From positions 962,225 to 1,026,224 of the forward strand of contig CAVZLU010000008.1 in the NCBI GenBank assembly GCA_963776355.1: a stretch of DNA of 64,000 bases. Direction: 5' to 3'. The notes beneath the pieces were generated by a model. It saw nothing but the letters and a program-made list of their open reading frames with translations. It was not told where the DNA came from and did not search any database. Shown piece after piece: positions 36,602-48,384 of the stretch (the stretch's first letter is position 1; each line of letters begins with the position of its first letter). The translations under genes were made by a program, and so were the position numbers. This DNA is from an uncultured Chloroflexia bacterium. GTDB lineage: Bacteria; Chloroflexota; Limnocylindria; Limnocylindrales; CSP1-4.

Positions 36602-38500
36602 TCAGCAAATCACGACGCGGCTCACCGCCTGCTGCGTGAACGCCTCGATGACGTCGCCCTCCACGAGGTCGTGGAAGCCGGCGAGGCCGATCCCGCACTC
36701 GTAGCCCTGGGCGACCTCGCGGACGTCGTCGCGGAACCGGCGCAGCGAGTCGATGCGGTCCGTGCTGATGACCTTCCCGCTCCGGTAGACCCGGGCGCCG
36801 GCGTTGCGGACCATCCGGCCGTCGGTGACGAAGGAGCCGGCGATGACCGTGCTCTTGCCCACGCGGAAGATCTGGCGGACTTCGGCGCGGCCCTCGACGA
36901 CTTCCACGATCTCCGGCTCGAGCATGCCCTTGAGGGCCGCCTCGATGTCATCCGTGAGCTTGTAGATGATGTCGTAGAGGCGAACGTCGACCTTCTCCGC
37001 CTCGGCCGTCCGGCGCGCCTGCGGGTCGAGCTTCGTGCTGAAGCCCACGACGATCGCGTTCGAGGCCGACGCGAGCAGGATGTCCGTGTCGGTGATGTCG
37101 CCGGTGCCCTCGTGGAGGATGCTGATCCGCACCTCCTCGGACTGGATCTGGCCGAGCGCGTGCGTGATCGCCCCCAGGGAGCCCGAGACGTCGGCCTTGA
37201 GGATGATCCTGAGCTCCTTGGCCTGGCCCTCCTTGAACTGCTCGAAGAGGTCCTCCAGGGTGGCCTTCTGGCTGGTGCCCGCCGCCGACGAGGCCGCCGT
37301 CCGCGCGCTCTCGACGAGCGTCCGGGCCATCTTCTCGTCGGGCACGACGCGCAGGATGTCGCCGGCCTCGGGCACCTCGGCGAGGCCGAGGACGACCGCG
37401 GCCGAGGAGGGGCCGGCTTTCTGGATCCGCTTGCCGCCGGCGCTCTCGAGGGCGCGCACCTTGCCGTAGGTCTTGCCGACCACGACGACGTTCCCGATGC
37501 GGAGCGTCCCGGCCTGGACGACGACCGTGGCCACGGCGCCGCGGCCCTTGTCCATCTCGGCCTCGATGATCGTGCCGACGGCTGCCCGCTTCGGGTTGGC
37601 CTTCAGCTCCTGCAGGTCGGCGACGAGCAGGATCATCTCGAGGAGGTCCTCGAGTCCCAGGCGCGCCTTCGCCGACACCTCGACGAGGGGCACGTCCCCG
37701 CCGTACTCCTCGATGACCACGTTGGCCTCGGTCAGCTCGGTCTTCACCCGGTCCGGGTTGGCGTCCGGCTTGTCGATCTTGTTGAGGGCGATGATGATCG
37801 GCACCCTGGCCGCGCGGGCGTGGCTGATCGCCTCGAGGGTCTGGGGCATCACGCCGTCGTCGGCGGCCACCACGATGACCGCGATGTCGGTGACGCGGGC
37901 CCCCCGGGCGCGCATGGCGGTGAAGGCCTCGTGGCCCGGCGTGTCGAGGAAGACGACCTTCTTGCCGTCCTTCGTGACCTCGGAGGCGCCGATGTGCTGG
38001 GTGATGCCCCCCCGCTCGCCGGACGCGACCGTCGTGCTCCGGATGGCGTCGAGGAGGCTCGTCTTGCCATGGTCGACATGGCCCATGACGGTGACGATCG
38101 GGGGGCGCGGCAGCAGCAGCGCCGGATCGTCCTCGCCGAGGAGCGTCGGGTCCTTGGTGGCCGGGGCGGCGACCTCGATCCCCTCCTCCGCGGCCTCGGC
38201 CGCGGTCTCCTCGGGCTCGGCGACCTCGTACCCGAGCTCGGTGGCGACGAGGGAGGCGGTGTCGCGATCGATGAGCTGGTTGATGGTGGCGAAGATGCCG
38301 CTCTTGATCAGCTCGCGGATGACGTCCGCGGGGTTGACCTCGAGGAGCTCGGAGAGCTCCTTCACGGTGATCGTCGGCGGCAGCGTCACGGCGCTGCGCT
38401 CGCGCGGCTCGGCGACCGAGGCCGGCGTGAAGCCACCCTCGCGCCGCGGTGGCTTGCGGGGACCGCGGCGTCCGCGGGTCCCGCTCCTGCTCCTGGCCAT
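36602..38500 (-). CDS. infB: Translation initiation factor IF-2 (short N-terminus)
   Basis: [29 protein letters not shown]. 632 aa. Confidence 0.95.
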   Translation of the reverse strand: MARSRSGTRGRRGPRKPPRREGGFTPASVAEPRERSAVTLPPTITVKELSELLEVNPADVIRELIKSGIFATINQLIDRDTASLVATELGYEVAEPEETAAEAAEEGIEVAAPATKDPTLLGEDDPALLLPRPPIVTVMGHVDHGKTSLLDAIRSTTVASGERGGITQHIGASEVTKDGKKVVFLDTPGHEAFTAMRARGARVTDIAVIVVAADDGVMPQTLEAISHARAARVPIIIALNKIDKPDANPDRVKTELTEANVVIEEYGGDVPLVEVSAKARLGLEDLLEMILLVADLQELKANPKRAAVGTIIEAEMDKGRGAVATVVVQAGTLRIGNVVVVGKTYGKVRALESAGGKRIQKAGPSSAAVVLGLAEVPEAGDILRVVPDEKMARTLVESARTAASSAAGTSQKATLEDLFEQFKEGQAKELRIILKADVSGSLGAITHALGQIQSEEVRISILHEGTGDITDTDILLASASNAIVVGFSTKLDPQARRTAEAEKVDVRLYDIIYKLTDDIEAALKGMLEPEIVEVVEGRAEVRQIFRVGKSTVIAGSFVTDGRMVRNAGARVYRSGKVISTDRIDSLRRFRDDVREVAQGYECGIGLAGFHDLVEGDVIEAFTQQAVSRVVIC

Positions 38501-38820
38501 CAGGACCCTCCTTCGTGGTCGGTGATGAAGTCATCGGTGGTCGTCCCGGGGACCGCCAACGGGCCGAAGAGCCCGGGCGGGATCGGGACCCCGAGAGCCC
38601 GTCGCAGGGCTCCCTTCGTGATCGCACGCTGTTGGCACGCCGGGTCGGCGCAGACGTAGGCGCCGCGCCCCGGTGCCTTGCCGGACGGATCGAGCGCGAT
38701 CGTCCCAGCCGGCTCCCGGACGACCCGGACGAGCTCCCGCTTCTGCCGGGGCGTTCGGCAGGCGACGCAGGTCCGGGTCGGGTACCGCCGCGCGGGCGGT
38801 CCTCCCGTCGCGCCCCGGGC
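38500..38820 (-). CDS. ylxR: YlxR/DUF448-like protein, start codon not identifiable
   Basis: [61 protein letters not shown]. The stop overlaps the infB ATG (TGATG). The frame is open from 38892 but has no ATG/GTG/TTG/CTG before RTC. Confidence 0.6.
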   Translation of the reverse strand, partial: ARGATGGPPARRYPTRTCVACRTPRQKRELVRVVREPAGTIALDPSGKAPGRGAYVCADPACQQRAITKGALRRALGVPIPPGLFGPLAVPGTTTDDFITDHEGGS

Positions 38821-39926
38821 TACGACGCCACCTCCTTCGGGGCGTCGGCCTCGGTTGCCCCGAGGACGACCGCGGCCGGGGCCGGGGCGGGCTCATGCCC
38901 CTGGACGTCGCTCCGGATGTTGATGCGCCACCCGGTCAGCTTCGCCGCCAGGCTGGCATTCTGGCCCCCGCGGCCGATCGCGAGCGAGAGCATCTTCTCG
39001 GGGACCGTGACGTTGGCGACGCGGTTCTCCTCGTCGATCACGACGCCGTCCACCTGGGCGGGCGACAGGGCCTTGGCCACGAAGATGGCCGGGTCCTCGT
39101 GCCATTCGATGACGTCGATCTTCTCGCCCGCGAGCTCGGCCACGACGGCCTGCACGCGGGCCCCTCGCTGGCCGACGGTCGCCCCGACCGGGTCGAGGCC
39201 CTCCTGCCGGGAGGCAACGGCGACCTTGCTGCGGCTGCCCGGGTCACGGGAGATGGCCTTGATCTCCACGGTGCCGGCGTGGATCTCCGGGACCTCGAGC
39301 TCGAACAGGCGCCGCAGAAAGCCCTTGTGGGTCCGGCTGACCAGGACCTGGGGCCCCTTGGGCGTGCGCCGCACCTCGAGGACGAACGCCTTGACGTTCT
39401 GGCCGATCCGGTAGTGCTCGACCGGGGACTGCTCGGTGGTGGCGAGGATGGCCTCGGCCTTGCCCAGGTCCAGGATGATGGCCCGGGGCTCGACGCGGTT
39501 CACGGTGCCGGTGATGAGCTCGCCCTCGCGGCTCGCGAACTGGTCGAAGACGACATCGCGCTCGGCCTCCCGCAACCGCTGCAGGACGACCTGCTTCGCG
39601 GTCTGGGCGCCGATGCGCCCGAAGGCGTCCTGGCCCAGCTGCTCGGTGACGACGACGTCGCCCGGCGCGGCGTCCTCCTTGTAGGCGCGACCCGCCTCGA
39701 CGGAGAGCTGGGTCAGCTCGTCCTCGACCTGCTCCACGACGAGGCGCTCGCGGGTCACCATCATCTCGCCGCGCTCGGGGTCGATCCTGACCCGGACGTC
39801 CTCGTTTCCGGGGATCCGGCGGTAGGCCGACTCGATGGCGTCTTCGATCGTCCGGATGAGGTGCTCGCGGGGGACGCCCTTCTCGGCGTTCAGCTGGAGG
39901 AGGGCGCCGACGAAGTCCCGGCTCAT
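38820..39926 (-). CDS. nusA: Transcription termination/antitermination factor NusA
   Basis: It has an N-terminal domain, an S1 domain (GELITGTVNRVEPRAIILDLG) and KH1/KH2 (GQRGARVQAV...; AIGRGGQNASLAAKLTGW). The RBS is GGAGGT. Confidence 0.95.
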   Translation of the reverse strand: MSRDFVGALLQLNAEKGVPREHLIRTIEDAIESAYRRIPGNEDVRVRIDPERGEMMVTRERLVVEQVEDELTQLSVEAGRAYKEDAAPGDVVVTEQLGQDAFGRIGAQTAKQVVLQRLREAERDVVFDQFASREGELITGTVNRVEPRAIILDLGKAEAILATTEQSPVEHYRIGQNVKAFVLEVRRTPKGPQVLVSRTHKGFLRRLFELEVPEIHAGTVEIKAISRDPGSRSKVAVASRQEGLDPVGATVGQRGARVQAVVAELAGEKIDVIEWHEDPAIFVAKALSPAQVDGVVIDEENRVANVTVPEKMLSLAIGRGGQNASLAAKLTGWRINIRSDVQGHEPAPAPAAVVLGATEADAPKEVAS

Positions 39927-39983
39927 GCGCGCACCTCCATGTTCGCTGTTGTCGGGTCCGGTGCCCGCCGCGCCCGCCGGACC

Positions 39984-40011
39984 GAAAGAAAAACGTGGCG
40001 GTCAGCCACGT
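39984..40011 (-). terminator. Hairpin ACGTGGC-tgacc-GCCACGT followed by TTTTCTTTC in the nusA leader
   Basis: Read directly on the minus strand. It lies between the -10-like box (40040-40045) and the nusA ATG (39926). It is one of very few T-tracts in the window. Confidence 0.45.
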
Positions 40012-40039
40012 CATGGAGCGGCGCGGTCGTGTTGGCGAG

Positions 40040-40045
40040 AGTATA
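40040..40045 (-). promoter_or_regulatory. -10-like TATACT (gcgcTATACTctcgcc) upstream of nusA
   Basis: It lies 114 nt upstream of the nusA ATG, in a 242-bp gap after ispG. Confidence 0.4.
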
Positions 40046-40168
40046 GCGCGCGACGCTGTTCGCGGTTCAGGGGTCCACCCGTCCGGGCAGATCGCGGCTT
40101 CGGCCGCCGGCCTCGAGGAGCCCGATCGGGCAGCTCCGCGCCACTTCGCGGGCCGACGTCGATCGCCG

Positions 40169-41431
40169 TCAGGCGGCAGGGCCCGCGCCGACGCCGCTCG
40201 CCCGGGCGGGAAAGTGCTCGACCACGTAGTCCTCCAGCAGCGCCAGGAACCGCTCCACGATGTCGTCGCCGCGGAAGGTGGCGTGCAGCTTCCCGTCGAC
40301 GAAGACCGGCGCGACCGGGTCCTCGAACGTGCCCGGCAGGCTGATCCCGATGTCGGCGTGCTTGCTCTCGCCGGGCCCGTTCACCACGCAGCCCATCACC
40401 GCCACCCGGAGCTCCTCAACGCCGGGATGGATCTCGCGCCACTCGGGCATCCGGTCCTTGAGGTGCTGCTGGATGTCGCGGGCCATCACCTGGAAGAACG
40501 TCGACGTCGTGCGCCCGCACCCGGGACAGGCCGATACCTGGGGCATGAACGATCGCAGGCCCAGCGACTGGAGCACCTGCTGGGCCACCTCGACCTCGAG
40601 CTCCCGGCCCGCGCCGGGTTCCGGCGTAAGCGATACCCGGATCGTGTCCCCGATCCCCTCGCTGAGCAGGATCGCCAGCCCGGCCGTGGAGGCCACGATG
40701 CCCTTCATCGCCATCCCGGCCTCGGTGAGCCCAAGGTGGAGGGGATAGTCGCAGCGCGCGGCGAGCAGGCGGTAGACGTCGACGAGGTCGCGCACGCCCG
40801 ACACCTTGGCGCTGACGATGATCCGGTCGTGGGCCAGCCCGGTCTCCTCCGCCAGCTCGGCCGAGCGGAGCGCCGACTGGATCATGGCCTCGATCATCAC
40901 GTCGCGCGCGTCTCGCGGCGACGGGAGGCCGGCATTCTCCTCCATCAGGTCGGTCAGGAGCTGCTGGTCGAGAGATCCCCAGTTGACGCCGATGCGCACG
41001 GGCTTGTCACGCTCCACCGCCACCCGGACGATCGTCTGGAAGTTGGCGTCGTGGTGCTTCGTCCCGACGTTGCCCGGGTTGATGCGGTACTTGGCGAGGG
41101 CCGCCGCCGCCTCGGGGAAGTCCACGAGCAGCTTGTGGCCGTTGTAGTGGAAGTCGCCCACGATCGGGGTCTCGAAGCCGAGATCGCGGACCTTGCGCAC
41201 GACGTCGGGCACGGCCGCGGCGGCCGCCTCGTTGTTCACGGTCACCCGAACGAGCTGCGAGCCCGCCTGGGCCAGCCGGACCACCTGGAGCGCCGTCGCG
41301 TCGGCGTCAGCGGTGTCCGTGTTCGTCATCGATTGCACGACGACGGGGTGGGCGCTCCCGACGAGCACGCCCCCCACGTCGACCGAGCTTGTGGAGCGAC
41401 GGTGTGGCCGCAGGGCGGCGGCCGTCGTCAC
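40169..41431 (-). CDS. ispG: 4-hydroxy-3-methylbut-2-enyl diphosphate synthase IspG
   Basis: [15 protein letters not shown]..., [27 protein letters not shown] start in a GTGA overlap with rseP. Confidence 0.9.
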   Translation of the reverse strand: MTTAAALRPHRRSTSSVDVGGVLVGSAHPVVVQSMTNTDTADADATALQVVRLAQAGSQLVRVTVNNEAAAAAVPDVVRKVRDLGFETPIVGDFHYNGHKLLVDFPEAAAALAKYRINPGNVGTKHHDANFQTIVRVAVERDKPVRIGVNWGSLDQQLLTDLMEENAGLPSPRDARDVMIEAMIQSALRSAELAEETGLAHDRIIVSAKVSGVRDLVDVYRLLAARCDYPLHLGLTEAGMAMKGIVASTAGLAILLSEGIGDTIRVSLTPEPGAGRELEVEVAQQVLQSLGLRSFMPQVSACPGCGRTTSTFFQVMARDIQQHLKDRMPEWREIHPGVEELRVAVMGCVVNGPGESKHADIGISLPGTFEDPVAPVFVDGKLHATFRGDDIVERFLALLEDYVVEHFPARASGVGAGPAA

Positions 41432-42579
41432 GGCGTCCCGCCGCCGAGGCGGGCGATGTCGAAGTAGGTGATCCAGATGAGGAAGCCGAAGAGGAAGACG
41501 AAGCCCACGAGATAGGTCAGGCGCTCCACCGAGACGGCGGTGGCGGACGATGGGCCGCTCACCCGCACCCCGGCGGCCCGCAGTGCCCGCCCGCCGGCGA
41601 CGACGAGCGACTTGAGGACGAGGACCAGCATCCGCCCGCCATCGAGGGGTGGGAAGGGGAGGATGTTCACGAGGGCCAGGTTGGCCGAGAGGAGGCCGGC
41701 CAGGTAGAGCGTGAAGATCGGGCCGAGCTGCCAGAAGACGTCGCCGACCTGGACGGCGATGCCGACGGGGCCGGATACGGGCGGCGCCTGCCCGGGATTC
41801 GAGACGATCGAGGCCAGCAGGTCGGCAAGGCCGTTCAGGATCAGGGTGAACGCGGCCACGGTCCAGGCGGCGCCGGCGGCGAGCGCTGCCGCGAGATCCC
41901 GGCCACGGTACTCGCCGGTGAAGGCCAGCTGCGCCCCGCGGATGCCCAGGGCCCCCTTGTCGACCGCCACCTCGGGCGGGCGCAGGGTCACCTGCACGTC
42001 GCGAACGCTCCCGTCGGTGCCCTTCACGGTCAGAGTCACGGTCTCGCCGGCCTTGGCGCGGAGTCCCTCGACGGCCGCCCGGCCCGCATTCGGGCTGGGG
42101 AAGAGGTCGAACGTGGCCCCGTCGATGGCGAGGATCGTCTCGCCGGCCTTGAGGCCGGAGGCCTCCGCCGGCGACCCCGCCTGGACCTCGGCGAACGTGA
42201 GCCCGCCCTGCGGCGTGGCCAGCCAGGCGATGCCGAAGAAGATCGCGAACGCGAGCAGGAGGTTCATGCCCACGCCGGCGATCAGGACGACCAGCTTCTT
42301 CCACAGGCCCTGGACCGAGAACGAGCGCGGGTCCTCGGAGTCGCCATCCTCGCCCTCGAGGCGGACGAAGCCGCCGATCGGCAGCCAGTTGAGGGTGTAC
42401 AGGGTCTCGCCCCGCGAACGGAGCACCCTCGCCCGCGGCGGGAAGCCGATTCCGAACTCCAGCACGCGGATGCGGAAGGCGCGGGCCATGACGAAGTGCC
42501 CCAGCTCGTGGATCACCACGAGCCCGCCGAGGATCAGGATGAAGAGGGCGATCGTGATCGCGCCCTGCAGGATGGCCAT
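41428..42579 (-). CDS. rseP: M50 site-2 protease (RseP/Rip1-like) with PDZ domain
   Basis: HELGHFVMA (HExxH), a PDZ-like middle region, and [11 protein letters not shown]. Confidence 0.9.
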   Translation of the reverse strand: MAILQGAITIALFILILGGLVVIHELGHFVMARAFRIRVLEFGIGFPPRARVLRSRGETLYTLNWLPIGGFVRLEGEDGDSEDPRSFSVQGLWKKLVVLIAGVGMNLLLAFAIFFGIAWLATPQGGLTFAEVQAGSPAEASGLKAGETILAIDGATFDLFPSPNAGRAAVEGLRAKAGETVTLTVKGTDGSVRDVQVTLRPPEVAVDKGALGIRGAQLAFTGEYRGRDLAAALAAGAAWTVAAFTLILNGLADLLASIVSNPGQAPPVSGPVGIAVQVGDVFWQLGPIFTLYLAGLLSANLALVNILPFPPLDGGRMLVLVLKSLVVAGGRALRAAGVRVSGPSSATAVSVERLTYLVGFVFLFGFLIWITYFDIARLGGGTP

Positions 42580-42587
42580 GCTCTCCT

Positions 42588-43836
42588 CTACGTTGTCGCA
42601 CCCGGGCCGGTTCCCCGCCCGGTCCCCGGCCGGGGCCCCGCGAACGCGTCGCGGACCTCGCGGTCGAGCGCCACGAGCTCCTCGACGGCCGGCGCCTGGT
42701 CCGCGCCCAACCCGTAGCGTGCCACGGCTTGCTCGAGGAGGTGCGGGATGCCGGGGAAGTCGAGCGTCCCGGCGAGGAAGCGCGCCACCGCGATCTCGTC
42801 GGCGCTGATGAGGGCGGTCGTGGCCCGGGAGCCGATGGCGCCCGCCTCGCGGGCGATCCGGAGGGCCGGGAAGCGGCCCTCGTCGGGGGCCCGGAAGTCG
42901 AGGCGCCCGGCCGCCACCAGGTCGACGGGCACGGCGGGGGACGGCCGGCGGCGCGGGTGGGTGATCGCATACTGGATCGGCAGGCGCATGTCCGGGGTCC
43001 CCAGCTGGGCCTTGAGCGATCCGTCGCGGAAGAGGACCGCCGAATGGACGACCGACTGGGGGTGGATCACGACGTCGATCCGCTCGAACGGCATGCCGTA
43101 CAGCCAGTGGGCCTCGATGATCTCCAGGCCCTTGTTGGCGAGCGTCGCCGAGTCGATCGTGATCTTGGCCCCCATCGTCCACGTCGGGTGGCGCAGCGCC
43201 TGCTCCCGGGTGATCCCGGGGAAGGCCTCCGTGGGGGTGTCGAGGAACGGCCCGCCCGAGGCCGTGAGCACCAGGCGCCCGACGTCCTCCATGGCCTCTC
43301 CGACGAGGCATTGCCAGATCGCGGAGTGCTCGGAGTCGATCGGTCGCAGCCAGCCGAGCGGGGTCGCCAGGGGGTGGTCCGGCCCGTCCCGGGGCGCGCT
43401 CGGCCGCCCGGGCCCGCGCCTCGGCCATGACGAGGTGGCCGCCGGCGACGAGCGTCTCCTTGTTGGCCGTGGCCACGACCTTGCCCGCCGCCAGGGCGGC
43501 GAGGACCGGGCGCAGGCTGACCATTCCCCCGGTGCCGACGATCACGAGGTCGACGTCGGCGCGGGTCGCGAGCGCTTCCAGCGCGCCGGGACCACGAACC
43601 TGGGTGCAGCCCGCGGGGAGGTCGAGCGGGACGTCGGTGCCGACGGCCGCCGCGGCGGCGCCGAAGCGGCGAGCCTGCTCCTCGAGCAGGCGGGACCGGC
43701 TGCCCGTGGCGAGGGCCACGACGCGCCATTCGGGAGCAAGGGAGGCGAGGACGCCGGCGGCCTGGGTGCCGATGGAGCCGCCTGAGCCGAGCAGGGCGAC
43801 CCCGACGGGTGGGCCGACGACCCCGCCGTCAGCCAT
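42588..43836 (-). CDS. dxr: 1-deoxy-D-xylulose 5-phosphate reductoisomerase, apparent +1 frameshift near 43375-43395
   Basis: The N-terminal frame reads [15 protein letters not shown]...[19 protein letters not shown]. The C-terminal frame reads ...[15 protein letters not shown]...LTASGGPF...[23 protein letters not shown]. The span is 1249 nt (3n+1). Confidence 0.85.
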
Positions 43837-44701
43837 GGACGAGGGCCACCCAGGCCGCCAGCACCGGGGCCGCGAAGAGGATCGAGTCGACCCGGTCGAG
43901 GATCCCCCCGTGGCCCGGGATGAGCGCCCCCGAGTCCTTGGCGCCGGCCGCGCGCTTGAGGAGCGACTCGGCGAGGTCGCCCGCCTGGGCGACCGCCCCG
44001 AGGAGCGGGCCGAGGACCAGTGCCTCCAGCGGTGAGCTCCCGCTGATCGCGAGCACGACGGCGACGCCGATCGTGGCCACGACGAGCCCGCCGATGACGC
44101 CCTCGAGCGTCTTCTTCGGGGAGATCCAGGGCAGGAAGGGCCGCCGCCCGATCGCCCGGCCCACGAGATAGGCGCCGGTGTCGAAGCTCCAGACGCCGGC
44201 CAGCAGGACCAGGACCCAGCGGCGCTCGGGCCAGAAGGCGCCGTCGAGCGGCGCGGTCCACTCGGTCGTGAGCACCGCCACCGTCCCCAGGAGGGCGACG
44301 TAGGAGGCGCCGAAGACGGTCGCGGACCAGGCGGCGAACCCGTCGCCCGGGTCGCGCCGGGCGAACGCGATCATCGCCAGGGCCACGGCCACCACGCCGA
44401 GGAGGGCGAGTCCGCTGACTGCTGCCACGCGGGCGGCGAGGTCGACCGCGGCCGACGGCTCGCCGAGGAGCTTGCTGCCGAGGATCGCCGGGATGGCCGC
44501 GGCGGCCACCAGCACGCCGGCGCCCCCGGTGACGCCGTTGCGGATGACGGGCCGGCCGGCGGCCGGGAGGAGGCGCTCGGCCTCGCGGGCGGCCAGAACC
44601 GCCAGGGCGAAGACGAGGATCCCGACCCCCACCCCGCCCGCGGCGATCGCGAGCACGACGACCGGGACCATGACCAGGACGCTGAGCGTCCGCGCGCGCA
44701 T
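43829..44701 (-). CDS. cdsA: Phosphatidate cytidylyltransferase
   Basis: FDTGAYLVGRAIGRRP..SPKKTLEG...GDLAESLLKRAAGAKDSG..IPGHGGILDRVDS. Confidence 0.9.
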   Translation of the reverse strand: MRARTLSVLVMVPVVVLAIAAGGVGVGILVFALAVLAAREAERLLPAAGRPVIRNGVTGGAGVLVAAAAIPAILGSKLLGEPSAAVDLAARVAAVSGLALLGVVAVALAMIAFARRDPGDGFAAWSATVFGASYVALLGTVAVLTTEWTAPLDGAFWPERRWVLVLLAGVWSFDTGAYLVGRAIGRRPFLPWISPKKTLEGVIGGLVVATIGVAVVLAISGSSPLEALVLGPLLGAVAQAGDLAESLLKRAAGAKDSGALIPGHGGILDRVDSILFAAPVLAAWVALVHG

Positions 44702-44872
44702 GGCAGTCGCGTCAGGTGCCGAAGCGGCGGGAGCGCCCCGCGAACGCGATCAGTCGAGCGGCTGTCTCGTCAGCCCCGGGCGGGAGCGGCGGGAGACCGG
44801 GCTCGGCGATGGCGGCCGCCGCGTGGGCCGCGGGCGGCGCGTCCGTTGGGCGAGCAAGGGGGCCGGCGGCCA

Positions 44873-45430
44873 CTAGACCTCCAGCACCTCGCGCTCCTTG
44901 GCGCCCCCGACCTGGTCCACGTCGGCCACGTGCCGGTCCGTGACCTTCTGGAGCTGCTCCAGCTCGCGGTGCGCGTCGTCGCTCCCGATCACGCCGTCGC
45001 GCTCCTCGTGCTTGATCGCCTCGGCGGCGTCACGGCGCAGGTTGCGGATCTCGACCTTGGCCTCCTCCATGCGCCGGTGGACCACCTTGACGAGCTCTCG
45101 CCGCCGCTCCTCGGTGAGGGGCGGGATGTTGAGGCGGACCACGGTGCCGTCGACGTTCGGGACCAGGCCGATGTCGCTCTTGAGGATGGCCTTCTCGATG
45201 GCCCCGAGGACGCCGCGGTCCCACGGCTGGATGACGATCAGGTGAGGCTCGGGGACGCTGATCCCGGCGAGCTGGTTGAGGGCCGTGGGGGTCCCGTAGT
45301 ACTCGACGTGGATCCGCTCCACGAGGGCCGTCGAGGCCCTTCCCGTCCGGACGCCCTGGAGGTCGCGCCCCAGGACCTCGACGGCGCGGGCCATCTTCGG
45401 CTCGACGGTCGCGATCACCTGGCTGGTCAT
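44873..45430 (-). CDS. frr: Ribosome recycling factor
   Basis: 185 aa: ...[46 protein letters not shown]. Confidence 0.95.
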   Translation of the reverse strand: MTSQVIATVEPKMARAVEVLGRDLQGVRTGRASTALVERIHVEYYGTPTALNQLAGISVPEPHLIVIQPWDRGVLGAIEKAILKSDIGLVPNVDGTVVRLNIPPLTEERRRELVKVVHRRMEEAKVEIRNLRRDAAEAIKHEERDGVIGSDDAHRELEQLQKVTDRHVADVDQVGGAKEREVLEV

Positions 45431-46190
45431 GGGACAGAACCTCCGGAGATGCGGGTCCCGACCTGCTCCCCCATCGCCGCGCGGCGAACGTTGTCCGCCC
45501 GGTTCAGGTCGAATACGACGATGGGAAGGTCATTCTCCATGCACAGCGACACCGCCGTCGCGTCGAGCACGGCGAGGCGCTCGGCCAGGACGTCGGCGTA
45601 GGTCAGCTCGGTGTAGCGCCGGGCATCGGGATGGGTCAGGGGGTCGGCATCGTAGACGCCGTCGACCTTCGTGGCCTTGAGGAGGACCGAGGCCCCGATC
45701 TCCACGGCACGCAGCGCCGCCGCTGTATCCGTCGTGAAGTACGGGTTGCCGGTGCCGGCCACGAAGATCGTGACCCGGCCCTTCTCCAGGTGCCGGATCG
45801 CCCGACGGCGGATGTACGGCTCCGCCACCTCGTTCATGGCGATGGCGGTCATGACCCGGGTCGGCACGCCGACGCGCTCGAGCGCGTCCTGGAGGGCGAG
45901 CCCGTTCATGACGGTCGCGAGCATTCCCATGTAGTCACCGGTCGCGCGGTCCATCCCCCGGGCCGCCGCCGCCAGCCCGCGGAAGATGTTGCCGCCGCCG
46001 ACGACCAGGCCCACCTGGACGCCGGCTCGCTGGGCGGCCGCGACCTGGGTCGCGATGAACGCGCAGAACGCGGGATCCACGCCGTAGGCCCGGTCGCCGA
46101 GCAGCGCCTCACCCGAGATCTTGAGGACGACCCGCGCCCCGGACGGCGCCGCCTGGCCACCCCCCGAACGCGTCGTGTCGCCGGGCTGGC

Positions 46191-46194
<4 letters not shown>
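45427..46194 (-). CDS. pyrH: UMP kinase
   Basis: [10 protein letters not shown]..., [20 protein letters not shown]. Confidence 0.95.
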
Positions 46195-46790
<596 letters not shown>

Positions 46791-46878
46791 CGGTGGATGC
46801 GTCTCCTGTCTTCCGCCCGGCCGGACCGGGGGTTCGGGTGCGGCCGGCGCTGGCGGCCGCACGAAGAGGGTCGGCTCG

Positions 46879-47745
46879 TCAGGCCTCGACGTCGATGACC
46901 GGTGGCTCGGGCAGGAGCACCTCGTCGGCGTCGGGCTCGAATGTCAGGGCCCCGCCGGCCGCGAGCTGGGCGACGAGATCGTCGGCCGAGGCGATGTCCT
47001 CTGCCTCGAAGGCGCTGATCATCTCCGGCTCCGGCTCGGGCTCGCGCTCCGTGCGAGAGGCGCGCTCGCGCCCGCCTTCGATGGCAGCATCGGCGACCAG
47101 CTGGCACAGGAGGCGGATCGCCCGGATGGCGTCGTCGTTGGCCGGGATGATGTAGTCGATCTCGTCTGGATCGACGTTCGTGTCGCCCGTGCCCACGATC
47201 GGGATCTCGAGCTTGCGGGCCTCGGTGACGCTGATCCGCTCGCGGGCCGGGTCGACGATGAAGACGATGCCCGGCAGGCGCTTCATCTTGCGGATGCCAC
47301 CGAGCGTAAGGCGGAGCTTACGAAGCTCCTCCATGTAGCGGGCGGCCTCCTTCTTGGGCATCCGCTCGAAATCGCCGTTGATCAGGCGCGCGTCGAGCTG
47401 CTCGAGGAGGCCGAGGCGCTTCTTGATGGTCACGAAGTTCGTGAGCATGCCGCCGAGCCAGCGCTGGTTCACGTAGGGCTGGCCGGCGCGATCCGCCTCC
47501 TGGGCGACGGGCTCCTGGGCCTGCTTCTTCGTCCCCACGAAGAGGACGGCCTCGCCGCGGGCGGTCGTCTCGCGGACGGCATCGAGGGCGACGTCGAGCC
47601 GCTGCACGGTCTGGGCCAGGTCGATGATGTGGATCCCGTTGCGCTCGGCGAAGATGAACGGGCGCATCTTGGGATTCCAGCGGCGCGTCTGGTGGCCGAA
47701 GTGGACGCCGGCCTCGAGCAGCTGCCGCATGGAGACGGTGGGCAC
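46879..47745 (-). CDS. rpsB: 30S ribosomal protein S2 (acidic C-terminal extension)
   Basis: AGGAGG-n7-GTG at 47745. [24 protein letters not shown]. Confidence 0.95.
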   Translation of the reverse strand: MPTVSMRQLLEAGVHFGHQTRRWNPKMRPFIFAERNGIHIIDLAQTVQRLDVALDAVRETTARGEAVLFVGTKKQAQEPVAQEADRAGQPYVNQRWLGGMLTNFVTIKKRLGLLEQLDARLINGDFERMPKKEAARYMEELRKLRLTLGGIRKMKRLPGIVFIVDPARERISVTEARKLEIPIVGTGDTNVDPDEIDYIIPANDDAIRAIRLLCQLVADAAIEGGRERASRTEREPEPEPEMISAFEAEDIASADDLVAQLAAGGALTFEPDADEVLLPEPPVIDVEA

Positions 47746-47913
47746 GCGTGGTCCTCCTGTTCGGTTCCATCCTCCGCGGGCCCCGACCCGGACCGGGCTC
47801 GAGCACTCCGGCTCGACCCCGGCACCGCCCGGGTTCGGTGGCGGCACCGCGTGTGGGCTCGCCGCCGCGGTCGCGGCGGCGGTGGCTGGCGGAACGGCCC
47901 GACAGCCCGGCGG

Positions 47914-47919
47914 AGTCTA
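47914..47919 (-). promoter_or_regulatory. -10-like TAGACT (ctgtgcTAGACTccgcc) upstream of rpsB
   Basis: The 13-mer GCTAGACTCCGCC is identical to the one upstream of rpmF. It overlaps the yraN stop and lies 169 nt upstream of the rpsB start. Confidence 0.4.
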
Positions 47920-48384
47920 GCACAGGGGTCGGCCGCGTCCCTCGTCCCCGATGCCCCGATGGTGGCGCAGCCGGACGCGGTCCCCCGTCCCGGGCTCGAC
48001 GGCGACCATGTCCAGGCGCAGGGGCAACCGGGGAAGGTCGGGTCCGGCGGGCAGGCGCCCGGCCGCCACGAGGCGAACCGCCGCCATGCGGAGCCGGGCC
48101 AGCTTCCGCCAGTCGAGGGTCTCTTCGGGAAGCCCGAAGCCCCGCGACCGCCGCCAGCGGACCTCGACCACGACCAGACCGGACGGGGGCCCGGGATCGA
48201 CCGCCACGATGTCCAGCTCGGCCCGGCCGACCCGGACCTGGCGCCCGAGGATGCTCCAGCCGGCGGCCTCCAGGGCCCTCGCGACGGCCTCCTCGCCCTC
48301 GTCTCCGGCCTGCTGGGCAGGCGTCCGGACCGTCACGGTGGGAGCTCCGGAGTCCATCGCCGAACGATAGGCGCCCCGGCTCAT
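47917..48384 (-). CDS. yraN: YraN family (UPF0102) endonuclease-like protein
   Basis: GEEAVARALEAAGWSILGRQVRVGRAELDIVAVD...LVVVEVRWRR. The start is uncertain. Confidence 0.7.
   Translation of the reverse strand: MSRGAYRSAMDSGAPTVTVRTPAQQAGDEGEEAVARALEAAGWSILGRQVRVGRAELDIVAVDPGPPSGLVVVEVRWRRSRGFGLPEETLDWRKLARLRMAAVRLVAAGRLPAGPDLPRLPLRLDMVAVEPGTGDRVRLRHHRGIGDEGRGRPLC

Noticed and set aside
44702-44872. A possible small gene or regulatory element in the 171-bp frr-cdsA gap.
   Set aside because: There is no ORF with an SD, no strong hairpin and no TAnACT-type box, so nothing supportable.
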